A DNA stretch of 59,269 bases from a virus. Taxonomy: Duplodnaviria > Caudoviricetes. Each line of letters opens with the position of its first letter. Position 1 is the stretch's first letter. Below are positions 8,624 through 17,023 of this stretch, one piece after another. The notes under the pieces were generated by a model that saw only the letters and a program-made list of their open reading frames with translations, did no database searches and was not told the DNA's origin. The DNA lies in IMG/VR virus record IMGVR_UViG_3300023174_002791, positions 1 to 59,269 of that record; one strand, given 5' to 3'. A program made the position numbers and the translations under genes.

Positions 8624-9381
8624 TTATAAGTTCTGTTTGTTCTAATCTTTCTCACGCTTTTATCGTACCAACCTAAGAAAACAGAATCACGCAAAGCAAC
8701 TTTTCTCATATATTGTTTAGGGATATACTGATTGATTTTGTGTATCCAATTTTCTTGTTTGATTGGAATAATTTGAGCATACGGAGTCCCTTTAGGAATA
8801 ACGCCACTGAATCCTTGCTTTATAAAAAAGGGAACATTGCCTCCTTCTGTACCGAGTCCTATCGGGTCAAGCAATCCCGAAGTAGTAACAAAAGGTAATT
8901 CAAAACGATTTAATGGGTGTGTTATTAGAACAGAGTAATTATCGTTTACACCTGAGCCGTACGTTGGAGTAAAAGCAAACATAATCGGATTGCAACCAAC
9001 AGGAACAGGCATACCAAATCCTTGATTGTTTATATCTAAGACAGAGCCTCTTTTTTCAACTGCCTTAAAAGGTAAGTGAGGGTTCCAAAAAATGTCTACA
9101 TCTCCATTCTCATAAGAAATAACTTCCATATCAGCAGGTGTTCGATACATATAACCAATAAGCATTACATCCCTAAAGGGAGAACAAGTTTTTAAATCTT
9201 TCTTCGCAAGAGCCTTTATCGGTTTATCGGAGTTATTAATAAACCTAGGCAATTTTTTATACCAATTCGGCATTTCTGAAGAACTTGGAACTGGAGTAAT
9301 TTCCATAAATTCTATTTCTTCAATCCAAGGGGTAAAAAAAATCTCTTTCGATAGTTTTTTCTTAAAATCAAATAGGTTCAT
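8620..9381 (-). CDS. Hypothetical protein (DUF6065-like)
   Basis: P.WYK, KTC.PF.D...GY...P.D, HP.NR..LPF...SG..D, KGTP.AQIIP. Confidence 0.7.
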   Translation of the reverse strand: MNLFDFKKKLSKEIFFTPWIEEIEFMEITPVPSSSEMPNWYKKLPRFINNSDKPIKALAKKDLKTCSPFRDVMLIGYMYRTPADMEVISYENGDVDIFWNPHLPFKAVEKRGSVLDINNQGFGMPVPVGCNPIMFAFTPTYGSGVNDNYSVLITHPLNRFELPFVTTSGLLDPIGLGTEGGNVPFFIKQGFSGVIPKGTPYAQIIPIKQENWIHKINQYIPKQYMRKVALRDSVFLGWYDKSVRKIRTNRTYK

Positions 9382-9387
9382 ATCTAA

Positions 9388-9416
9388 AATTTACTAGATA
9401 CGAACCTATTATGCAA
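9388..9416 (-). promoter_or_regulatory. Putative promoter of the modification cassette (leaderless)
   Basis: TTGCAT-N17-TAAATT, 6 nt before ATG 9381; inverted repeat GCAAC-TAT-GTTGC over the -35. Confidence 0.5.
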
Positions 9417-9440
9417 CTATGTTGCGAGGGCTTACACTAA

Positions 9441-9866
9441 TTAATCAACGTCCGCCATTGATACTTCTTCTTGTCCTTCGGGCAATATCCAACCTTCAGG
9501 TCGAGTGCTAGCGTTCTCTTTAATCAAGAGAGAATCTTTAGGATATACGCGACCATTAATTGTGACAGTTTCTATATGAGTTACCGCAGGTTGTGTTTCT
9601 TCAACACCAGCAATTCTTAATAAAATATCTCTGGATGGAAGGTTAAAACCATTTTGTTCACACACTGGGTCATCACAATGGGTAGTCCATACATCGTCAT
9701 CTTTATGTAAAACAATAACATCTTCCATAGTTGTATCTACATAACGAGTTGTACCCCAAACAGCGTGAAGCATTTCAATTACTTCGACGTCATCTGTATC
9801 AGCCATAACGTGATTTACAACTTGCCCTAACTCATTGACAAGAGCAATACTTTTAATTGAACTCAT
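9441..9866 (-). CDS. Fibre-associated protein, possible assembly chaperone
   Basis: AL....G.V.N N-terminus; acidic; follows the Gly-rich fibre gene. Confidence 0.5.
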   Translation of the reverse strand: MSSIKSIALVNELGQVVNHVMADTDDVEVIEMLHAVWGTTRYVDTTMEDVIVLHKDDDVWTTHCDDPVCEQNGFNLPSRDILLRIAGVEETQPAVTHIETVTINGRVYPKDSLLIKENASTRPEGWILPEGQEEVSMADVD

Positions 9867-9875
9867 TATTATCTC

Positions 9876-10661
9876 CTATGACCAATACGTCATAATAACA
9901 GCGCCAGAAGCGCCTACTGAACCATTACCGCCACCAGTGCCATCAGCACCAGTTGAAGTTGAATCATCTGAATATATGCCACCTACGCCAAAAGAACCAC
10001 GAATTGGTGTATTACCAATAGCGCCACCACCAAGAGTTCCTAAAAGTGGAGTTGCCGTACCAGCAGTACCAGCAGGTGTACCACCACCGCCATTTGAAAT
10101 ACTTCTGCCACTAATACCATTATTGTTGTTAATGTTGAAGTAACCGCTTGAAAAACCACCTGTGCCGCCTGTTGCTTGCAATACAGAAGCAGTAGTTATA
10201 CCACCTGTGCCGCCTGTTGCATCTGTGCTGTAGAAGTTACGCACAGCACCGTTGCCTTGTGGATTTTCACCAGCACTTGCGGTATAAGCCTGTGATTGTC
10301 GTGCCTTTGCTCCAGCAGCACCAATAGTAAAAGATAAGTTAGAAGTCAAATAAAGTTGAGTTGCACACAAACCACCTGAGCCGCCAGCACCACCGTTTCC
10401 TGTTCCGCCAGGAAAAATACTCGCATAAGAGGTTGTATATGACTGACCAAAATAATTTGTCCAAGCGGCATACGCATTTCCTGAACTGCCTATGATGAGA
10501 GCACCACCACCACCGCCACCTAGGACTTGAATTGAAACTAGAAGTGGCTTTGCAGCACCATAACCATCAGGTAAGGTGAATGTTCCAGACGATGTGTACT
10601 TTACGTACTTAGGTGATAGACCGCCACTAGCACCACCAGCAGGGATTGTTGATGCACCCAT
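9876..10661 (-). CDS. Glycine-rich fibre protein
   Basis: YTSSGTFT.P, GGGGGG runs, G.SGAVI..Y terminus. Confidence 0.75.
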   Translation of the reverse strand: MGASTIPAGGASGGLSPKYVKYTSSGTFTLPDGYGAAKPLLVSIQVLGGGGGGALIIGSSGNAYAAWTNYFGQSYTTSYASIFPGGTGNGGAGGSGGLCATQLYLTSNLSFTIGAAGAKARQSQAYTASAGENPQGNGAVRNFYSTDATGGTGGITTASVLQATGGTGGFSSGYFNINNNNGISGRSISNGGGGTPAGTAGTATPLLGTLGGGAIGNTPIRGSFGVGGIYSDDSTSTGADGTGGGNGSVGASGAVIMTYWS

Positions 10662-10664
10662 TTG

Positions 10665-10973
10665 TTATACGCTCTCAATTCCGCTAATGTGGAATGAAAC
10701 GGAAGTTGCGCTCGCTCCACCAGTGATTAGTTTAGTTGTTGTCAGAACTTGTTTCATATCAAAAATCTGTGATGAGTTAGCAGCCATAGCCGCTGTTGTT
10801 GCAATAGCAATACCGTCAAACGCAATTGTAAAGGTCTGAGCAGAGGATGAGTTATTAGCGGCGATGATGCTAGTGACAATAGTTGTCGTTGAGGCAGGGA
10901 CAGTGTAAAGGGTTGTTCCAGTGCTAGTCGTAGCGTTACCTCGGAACAGAGCCTTCGGTGTATTTACAGCCAT
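10665..10973 (-). CDS. Small virion beta-sandwich protein
   Basis: LYTVP...T.IV.SI..N motif shared with 11515..11844. Confidence 0.65.
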   Translation of the reverse strand: MAVNTPKALFRGNATTSTGTTLYTVPASTTTIVTSIIAANNSSSAQTFTIAFDGIAIATTAAMAANSSQIFDMKQVLTTTKLITGGASATSVSFHISGIESV

Positions 10974-11022
10974 TCGTTTCCTCTTTCTTCTAGGCTTATT
11001 CTGCCATAGACAAGTTTAATTG

Positions 11023-11505
11023 TTAAACGTAGACACCCATAATGACAAGCATTTCGCCGTTACCAATATCATCTACTACAGCCATTGTGCCACCAGCAGT
11101 CGGAAGTGTGATTACACCACCAGCAACGTTCTGCGCTTGGAAAGTGGTTGTTCCAGAAGCAGAACCAGCAATTGCTAATGAACTAGCAAAAGTTTTGTTT
11201 GACAAAGTCTCAGCCAAAGAAATAAGTGATACAGTGCCAGAAGCGTTTGGAATAGTTACGGTGTTGTTGCCAGTCGGAATAGTCGCTTGCATTGTGGTTG
11301 TATAAACAGTCTGACCTGAAGAACCTGTCCAACCAAGACCAGTAGAACCAATCTTTTTATTGGTAAGAGTGTAAGTACCAGAAGCAGTAAGTGCGTTAGC
11401 GTTAATGTAAGTCTGAACGTCTTCAGCAAGGTATTGCAAATCTTGAGGGATATTGATTGACGCTGACGAAGCAGGGTATCTAATACCGCCAGATGTTGTT
11501 GGCAT
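11023..11505 (-). CDS. Virion fibre-like protein
   Basis: TLTNK/TLSNKT and T.P...GT repeats. Confidence 0.6.
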   Translation of the reverse strand: MPTTSGGIRYPASSASINIPQDLQYLAEDVQTYINANALTASGTYTLTNKKIGSTGLGWTGSSGQTVYTTTMQATIPTGNNTVTIPNASGTVSLISLAETLSNKTFASSLAIAGSASGTTTFQAQNVAGGVITLPTAGGTMAVVDDIGNGEMLVIMGVYV

Positions 11506-11514
11506 TTATGCCTC

Positions 11515-11844
11515 CTATTGAATCTCTACGCCAAAAGCGTTAAACGAACAACTGCCAGATGTTGAGTAAACTCTCAATCTGTCAGCAGCATCCATTGTAA
11601 TTCCCATTGCAAATTCTGTAGTCGCATTACCCGCTATAGGAATTTCACGTGCTACGTACTGAGCAAGAGTATCAGCAGCACCGTCTTTAGCCACTGAAAT
11701 ACGGAAAGTTGTCGCTACTGAGTTTGTATTACAAATAACGACAGAGTTAACAATTACGTAGGTAGCAGACGGCACTGTATAAAGGTCTGTAATGGTGGAA
11801 GCAGCAGGAATCGCTTGCCCCAAAACTTTATATGTTAATGCCAT
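11515..11844 (-). CDS. Small virion beta-sandwich protein
   Basis: YKVLGQ..P...T.LYTVP ... SFNAFG.E. Confidence 0.65.
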   Translation of the reverse strand: MALTYKVLGQAIPAASTITDLYTVPSATYVIVNSVVICNTNSVATTFRISVAKDGAADTLAQYVAREIPIAGNATTEFAMGITMDAADRLRVYSTSGSCSFNAFGVEIQ

Positions 11845-12901
11845 ACGTATAATCCTTCATAAGCAGAGCGTGCGGACGGTTTGCGTTAGTACGAAGTCTA
11901 TCAGCCCAGTCACGGAGATTGTATGTGAACCCAATGTTAATTGCACTGTTTTGCAAGTCGTCATAACTGGTGTAGTTCACAGCAACCTGAGCATTAGTTT
12001 GTCCTGTCAAAGTTAAAGCACCATAGTCACTACCATTTACAGGACGAGTGATACTTAACAACGGGTCAGTCAGACCTGTTAGGTCGCGAGGGTCTTGACC
12101 ATTGAGAGCAAGACCTAGTTGCTGAAGCAAAGTGCCTACTTGGGAATACGTCCACGTGTACGTACTCCCAGTCATCAAGTTGTACGTAGCGTATTGATTC
12201 TGCCAATTTGTATACGTGCCGTATTTAGCCATTGCAGCCCTATAGCCAGCCTCTGTCACCACTCCTAGGTTAGTTGTATCCCGAAGGTCTGTTGACGTTG
12301 CTGTGTAGTTCTGGAGCCTTGCCATACGGTCTAAAATTGCTTGCAGTCGATTGGGCGTAAAAGAAAGACTGCTAATTACAGCATTAGCGTAAGTGCCGAG
12401 CGTGCTCGCTAACGTTGCGTAGGTATCTTGCCACAAATACAAATACGCATAAGTTCCAGGCGCTGGTACAGAACCAGCAGTTGAATAAAAGGCTTCAAGC
12501 ACTTGAGTACGTACTCTCAAAGGGGGCCATAACTGATAAGCGATAGGTTGGATGTAAGAAACAATCGCTTGGTCTGCTCTAACGTCGGTAATATCAACGG
12601 TAGCACCTAGCGACGCTGGCAAATAAATAATATAAGTAGAGCCGCCTGTAAACGCTTCTTCAAAGTAATAAAAGTAATTTAACGGGCTAACATCAGGGTC
12701 ATTTGTTACTGGGACTGTTACCGAGAAAGCACCATTCGCTAAATCCTTTGTAATAGTCGCTGGGATAATAATTGTGTCAGCCAGAGCATCAATCAAAACC
12801 TTGGACGGATAAATCTTTATCTGTCCATCAATAGGAGCACCCTTAAAATCTAGATACTGACCAGTGACAGTTATTAACGTTATATTTCCAGGTAACGCCA
12901 T
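11828..12901 (-). CDS. Virion structural protein, N-terminus paralogous to 12981..13553
   Basis: MA.PGN..L.TVTG.Y.D..G.PI.GQ; internal TY..L repeats. Confidence 0.65.
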   Translation of the reverse strand: MALPGNITLITVTGQYLDFKGAPIDGQIKIYPSKVLIDALADTIIIPATITKDLANGAFSVTVPVTNDPDVSPLNYFYYFEEAFTGGSTYIIYLPASLGATVDITDVRADQAIVSYIQPIAYQLWPPLRVRTQVLEAFYSTAGSVPAPGTYAYLYLWQDTYATLASTLGTYANAVISSLSFTPNRLQAILDRMARLQNYTATSTDLRDTTNLGVVTEAGYRAAMAKYGTYTNWQNQYATYNLMTGSTYTWTYSQVGTLLQQLGLALNGQDPRDLTGLTDPLLSITRPVNGSDYGALTLTGQTNAQVAVNYTSYDDLQNSAINIGFTYNLRDWADRLRTNANRPHALLMKDYTYGINI

Positions 12902-12981
12902 TATCTATCTCCTAGCCAACAAGCAACTACGGTAATTACAACAAGGCTAATAACCATTTGAACAGGTGTCATTCCAAACAT
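12901..12981 (-). CDS. 26-aa hydrophobic micropeptide (MFGMTPVQMVISLVVITVVACWLGDR)
   Basis: Fills the gap exactly with TAATG stop/start overlaps at both ends. Confidence 0.55.
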   Translation of the reverse strand: MFGMTPVQMVISLVVITVVACWLGDR

Positions 12982-13553
12982 TAGAACGCCCTTGCTGGAT
13001 AAAGAACGCCGTTGTCTCCTATGTTGCCTACAGCCTGAACATAACTAGAAGTCAGGGCTACGGCAGTATTTGTATTAGCAATAGCAGTTGCGAGCGCGGC
13101 ATTGAGTGAAGTGAAGTAACCACTAACACTAGCGGCAGATGCTTCTACGACAGTTAAACGACCTTCATAGTTTTGAAACTCTGCCTGAGATACATAAAGA
13201 GCACCAGTGCCGTCATTGGCTACAGCAGGGGAAACGTCTGCTAAATCTACGGTTGCGTTAGATGCAGGGAGAAGGATGTCGAAACTTCTACCACCTACGA
13301 ACGCTTCTTCTACATAGTAAGTGAAGTCAACTGGAGAAGCATCAGCGTCATCTGTCGCCACAAGTTGCTGGGAGAAGGCACCATTAGAATCAAGCGTTAC
13401 AACGATTGTGCTGTTAACAAGGATTACGTTAGATGTTACGTTACGAAGAACAGCACGCGGGGTGAACTTTACCTGTCCCGCAATAGGCACGCCTGAAATA
13501 TCAATGTAAGTACCTGTAACAGTTACAAGACTGAGATTGCCAGGAATTGCCAT
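12981..13553 (-). CDS. Virion structural protein (fibre base-like) with coiled-coil C-terminus
   Basis: Paralogous N-terminal ~110 aa; LD.NG.FS..L.ATDD motif. Confidence 0.65.
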   Translation of the reverse strand: MAIPGNLSLVTVTGTYIDISGVPIAGQVKFTPRAVLRNVTSNVILVNSTIVVTLDSNGAFSQQLVATDDADASPVDFTYYVEEAFVGGRSFDILLPASNATVDLADVSPAVANDGTGALYVSQAEFQNYEGRLTVVEASAASVSGYFTSLNAALATAIANTNTAVALTSSYVQAVGNIGDNGVLYPARAF

Positions 13554-13572
13554 TGTTCACCCCTACGCTAAA

Positions 13573-13758
13573 TTATTTAACAGCAGCCTTTTTCTTTGGC
13601 ACCGTTACTGTTGCTGTTACTTCGGAATCACTTACAAACGTAATATACCGCGAACCTTCTAATGACTTAGCATTACGCCATTCGCTTACGTCAACAATTG
13701 TTCCTACTTCTAAATCTTTTCCATCATTTGTTAATTTTTTTAAAATACGCGCTTTCAT
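13573..13758 (-). CDS. Small capsid-associated protein
   Basis: Directly after MCP; G.IVDV motif, Lys-rich tail; GGGG SD. Confidence 0.6.
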   Translation of the reverse strand: MKARILKKLTNDGKDLEVGTIVDVSEWRNAKSLEGSRYITFVSDSEVTATVTVPKKKAAVK

Positions 13759-13776
13759 TTTTTCCCCTTTTTAAGT

Positions 13777-13806
13777 AAGAAAGGGAGAGTCATTTCTGAC
13801 CCTCCC
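13777..13806 (-). terminator. Intrinsic terminator after MCP
   Basis: GGGAGGGTCA-GAAA-TGACTCTCCC followed by TTTCTT. Confidence 0.7.
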
Positions 13807-13823
13807 CCTCTCAGCGAAATAGA

Positions 13824-14801
13824 TTACGCGACGATTGTAGACCAGAAGTATCCGAGGTCTGAACCGATAATCTTGTTGTCGAAAGCCATTTCAGCCTCAA
13901 CACGTGTTGCCTTGATTGATTCCATACGGAATGATGAAGTTCCGATGTTTGCACCAAGACCACCTGACACGCCTGTCCAGTTAAATGTGTAACCAGCAGA
14001 CGGTGTAAGTACACCAGGATTTGAAGCAACGTGGCAGAGCATTGCGCCCTTGCCGTATGCAAAGGAGTAAGCGCCAGAAGCGCCTTCCTTGTTTGTTGCC
14101 TTTACAGCCTTTGCAACCAAAACGCGAGGAATGTCGAACATTGCTGCCAACATATCGGTTGTGATTGTCTGTGAAGATGTGTACTTGATACGGTCAACAA
14201 GGTCTGGGTGGTTCTTCAACTGACGGAAAGTTTCGTATCCGAGAACAAGTGTGTTTGCATCTTGTCCAGTAGTTGAAAGAATTGCAGACTTTGCAGCCTC
14301 AATATCATTGATTGGGTCTGAGTTTGTGTAGTCAGACCATTGACGAGTTTCACCAGTTGATGGTGCGCCTGAAACACCAGTTACGTCTGTACCCCATACA
14401 CCAGTGGTGAAGAAGTCAGTTACGAACTGTAGTTCCTTACGAAGAAGGAGACGGTGTGTTACGAACTCTGAAGCCTCACGAAGTGGATTTAGAGGTGCAT
14501 CTGAGTTAGCAAGTGTCTGGTCGCCGATGTCTTTGTGGAACGCCCATACATCTGTGTTGTATGTGCTAGTGGTTAGTGAATAACCTGAACCAGCAGATTC
14601 GGTTGCATCTGCACGGCGTTGTGCCTCATCGCGGAACCAGTCATTCTTTGTGTAGACGAAGAACTTGTTTGATTTCTTGTCGACAGGAATTACTGGGAAA
14701 ACCTTATCAGCGATAAAGTTTTCTTGCTTCTGCATATAAGCAACAGAAATGTTTGTAAGAATCGCATCAATGTGCGAGTCGGTTAACGTTGGTTGTGGCA
14801 T
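13824..14801 (-). CDS. Major capsid protein
   Basis: 325 aa; H.D..LTNIS.AY.Q...FIA..VFP, W.D...SDP..DI; follows scaffold and decoration genes. Confidence 0.9.
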   Translation of the reverse strand: MPQPTLTDSHIDAILTNISVAYMQKQENFIADKVFPVIPVDKKSNKFFVYTKNDWFRDEAQRRADATESAGSGYSLTTSTYNTDVWAFHKDIGDQTLANSDAPLNPLREASEFVTHRLLLRKELQFVTDFFTTGVWGTDVTGVSGAPSTGETRQWSDYTNSDPINDIEAAKSAILSTTGQDANTLVLGYETFRQLKNHPDLVDRIKYTSSQTITTDMLAAMFDIPRVLVAKAVKATNKEGASGAYSFAYGKGAMLCHVASNPGVLTPSAGYTFNWTGVSGGLGANIGTSSFRMESIKATRVEAEMAFDNKIIGSDLGYFWSTIVA

Positions 14802-14813
14802 TTAGTCGGCTCC

Positions 14814-15212
14814 TTAGTTCGCTCTTGTTGGTGAAGCGCAATTTACAATTGCGGCAACGATATCGCCATCAGCGGCTGGTGCCTCTAGATAAACGCCAAG
14901 AACATACTTAGTGGTATCTGTAACAGCAAGTGTTGCAGCCTTACCTGTAGCAGAGGTTCCGAAGTTTAGTGCAGTTCCAAGTGTTGCTGCGGCTGACGCA
15001 ACAATCTTTGTTCCGCCTACGATGAGTACAGATGCTTCTGCACCTGATACTGGATTATTTTGTAGAACACCAATTGGTACATCTGTTGCAGCAGCGGCTG
15101 CAATTACTTGTCCACTTGAGTTCAACTTTACAAATGTGTACTGCTTGGCTGACAAATCCGCACCAGCAACGAAGGTCGCTCTTACGGAATAGTTATTAAT
15201 TTCGTATGCCAT
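14814..15212 (-). CDS. Capsid decoration/cement protein
   Basis: AGADLS..QY.FVKL, IGVLQN.P..G; start re-called at MAYE. Confidence 0.75.
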   Translation of the reverse strand: MAYEINNYSVRATFVAGADLSAKQYTFVKLNSSGQVIAAAAATDVPIGVLQNNPVSGAEASVLIVGGTKIVASAAATLGTALNFGTSATGKAATLAVTDTTKYVLGVYLEAPAADGDIVAAIVNCASPTRAN

Positions 15213-15213
15213 T

Positions 15214-16050
15214 TTACTTAGCACCCTTCTCGGTGAGGTATTGCTTATAGAGGTCTGTATTAGCAAGAGCAGCATCAGCCATTGCAACTTCGATAGAAGG
15301 TGCTACACCTGATTCAAAAGCAGCCTTTGCAAGAGCAGTTAGACGGTCATAAGCATTTACAGCAGATGAGTCAACTGACTTACCAATTTCGGCAAATAGG
15401 TTTGATGTTTTTGCTTGAGTATTGACGGCTTCTAAAATGCCTTCAATGCTTTTTGCGAGTTCTTCGTCAATCATTGATAGACGACGAAGTGCTGGACCAA
15501 CTTTTTCCGCTTCCAGTGGAAGGTTGTTCCAATTCTTAGCCTTTGCAATTGCAACTTCGTCAGCACGCTCATCGCGTTCTTTCTGAAGTAGTGCAAGTGC
15601 TTCGTCAGCGCGAGCCTTCTCAAAAGAAATTGCTTTCTCAAAAGATTCAACTGACTTTTCCATTGCCATAGGCTTCTTGGCTTCGGCTTTCATTTCTTTC
15701 ATACGCTTTGCGTAGTCAGCATCTGACTCGCCAGGCAACTGAGCCATTGGGTCTGCCTTTGTAGCAGTCGCCTTCTCAGTTTCTGTTTCTGCGATTACTT
15801 CTGCTGGAGACTCAGTTTCAACTGCTTCTGCGACTGGCGCTTCCGCAACTGCTGCGTCCTCAGTTACAACTGTATTTTCTTCGGACACTGAGTCCTCCTT
15901 CGTTGTATCGGTAAGTGAATCAATGACTGCTTCGATTTCTTCACTCGTTGTTGATTTCATTACAAGCCATCCTTCTGAAAGGTGGGCTGGATGGTCAACA
16001 CCGCTTGTTTCATCTATTGCAAGGCGTACTAATTTCGGAGCCTTAGCCAT
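15214..16050 (-). CDS. Scaffolding protein
   Basis: L.IDE.S.VD.PA N-terminus, acidic/helical, EIGKS motif; precedes capsid genes. Confidence 0.7.
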   Translation of the reverse strand: MAKAPKLVRLAIDETSGVDHPAHLSEGWLVMKSTTSEEIEAVIDSLTDTTKEDSVSEENTVVTEDAAVAEAPVAEAVETESPAEVIAETETEKATATKADPMAQLPGESDADYAKRMKEMKAEAKKPMAMEKSVESFEKAISFEKARADEALALLQKERDERADEVAIAKAKNWNNLPLEAEKVGPALRRLSMIDEELAKSIEGILEAVNTQAKTSNLFAEIGKSVDSSAVNAYDRLTALAKAAFESGVAPSIEVAMADAALANTDLYKQYLTEKGAK

Positions 16051-16196
16051 TATTTCCTCCTACACCGTTTGGGTAAAGATTGTGAGTCACCATTTAATTG
16101 TTCAACTCACGGTAAGAAAAGGCTAACACATCAACGGTAGTTTCGACGCTAAACACGTCTGAAAATAAGCGAGGTGTCTGAAAATGCAAGTCACAA

Positions 16197-16307
16197 TTAT
16201 TGGTTGAACTGTGTTCCACGGATTGTTGTTGAAGCCGCTCTAGTGACAGCAAACGCTGTTCCTTTGCCAATCTGAACAGACAGAGAATCCTGAGTGGTTA
16301 CTGTCAC
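16197..16307 (-). CDS. 36-aa ORF resembling the C-terminal half of 16304..16501
   Basis: GTGA overlap; TVTTQDSLSVQIGKG vs TVTSQTSLVVVYGKG. Confidence 0.5.
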   Translation of the reverse strand: MTVTTQDSLSVQIGKGTAFAVTRAASTTIRGTQFNQ

Positions 16308-16501
16308 TCAGACGCTAGGCGAGGCTTTGTTGTCTTTCCTGTATTTTGAGCAACGGTTACTGTTGCTTTGTTTCCCTTGCCATATACAACTACAAGAGAT
16401 GTTTGGCTAGTAACAGTAGCAATACGAGCAGGGCGTATAACGCCAGAGGTTGGCTTAACCATAATTGTCTGACCTTTACGGAACTTTTGTTCTGTAATCA
16501 T
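16304..16501 (-). CDS. Hypothetical protein
   Basis: ORF with AGAGAGG SD. Confidence 0.6.
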   Translation of the reverse strand: MITEQKFRKGQTIMVKPTSGVIRPARIATVTSQTSLVVVYGKGNKATVTVAQNTGKTTKPRLASE

Positions 16502-16528
16502 TTGATTACCTCTCTTTAGATTGTTGAA

Positions 16529-17023
16529 TTATAGCGTCTCAGCCAAAGTAGCCTTCAATTGCCACTCCCATTTTTCTAACATATCTATGCGCTCGCCAAG
16601 AAAGTTAATAAGCCCTTGTTCATCCTCAACAGTTGCTAGTTCTAGGCACATTTCCGTACATTCGTCTAATTCTTCTATAGCACCGTACAAATCTTTAAGC
16701 ATTTCAATAGCAGTAATCGGCATCATCTCTGGGTCTTGAATAGTACGGTTTTTCATAAAATCGCTTAGACCACATAATGAATCTTTATCTAATTTGCGGA
16801 GCCATTCGCCAGTAGGGTCAATTGAGCCATAAAGGTCTTCATAGATTTCTTGAAAGAATTCGTGATACGCAGCAAAGTTTAATCCTTTTACATTCCAGTG
16901 ATAACCGTGAGCACGGTGGTAAACACTTACTGTATTTGAAAGCAACATACGGAGACTTGCTTCTAAGTCAGGCGCTACTTCCTCCTGAACTATAAACCAA
17001 TTACCATTCATATCTTTTTCCAT
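16529..17023 (-). CDS. dps: Dps/ferritin-like protein
   Basis: H..HWNVKG.NF...HEFF.EIY, D...E, EK..W.L. Confidence 0.85.
   Translation of the reverse strand: MEKDMNGNWFIVQEEVAPDLEASLRMLLSNTVSVYHRAHGYHWNVKGLNFAAYHEFFQEIYEDLYGSIDPTGEWLRKLDKDSLCGLSDFMKNRTIQDPEMMPITAIEMLKDLYGAIEELDECTEMCLELATVEDEQGLINFLGERIDMLEKWEWQLKATLAETL

Noticed and set aside
9876-10661. Diversity-generating retroelement targeting fibres
   Set aside because: No reverse transcriptase and no template/variable repeat pair seen
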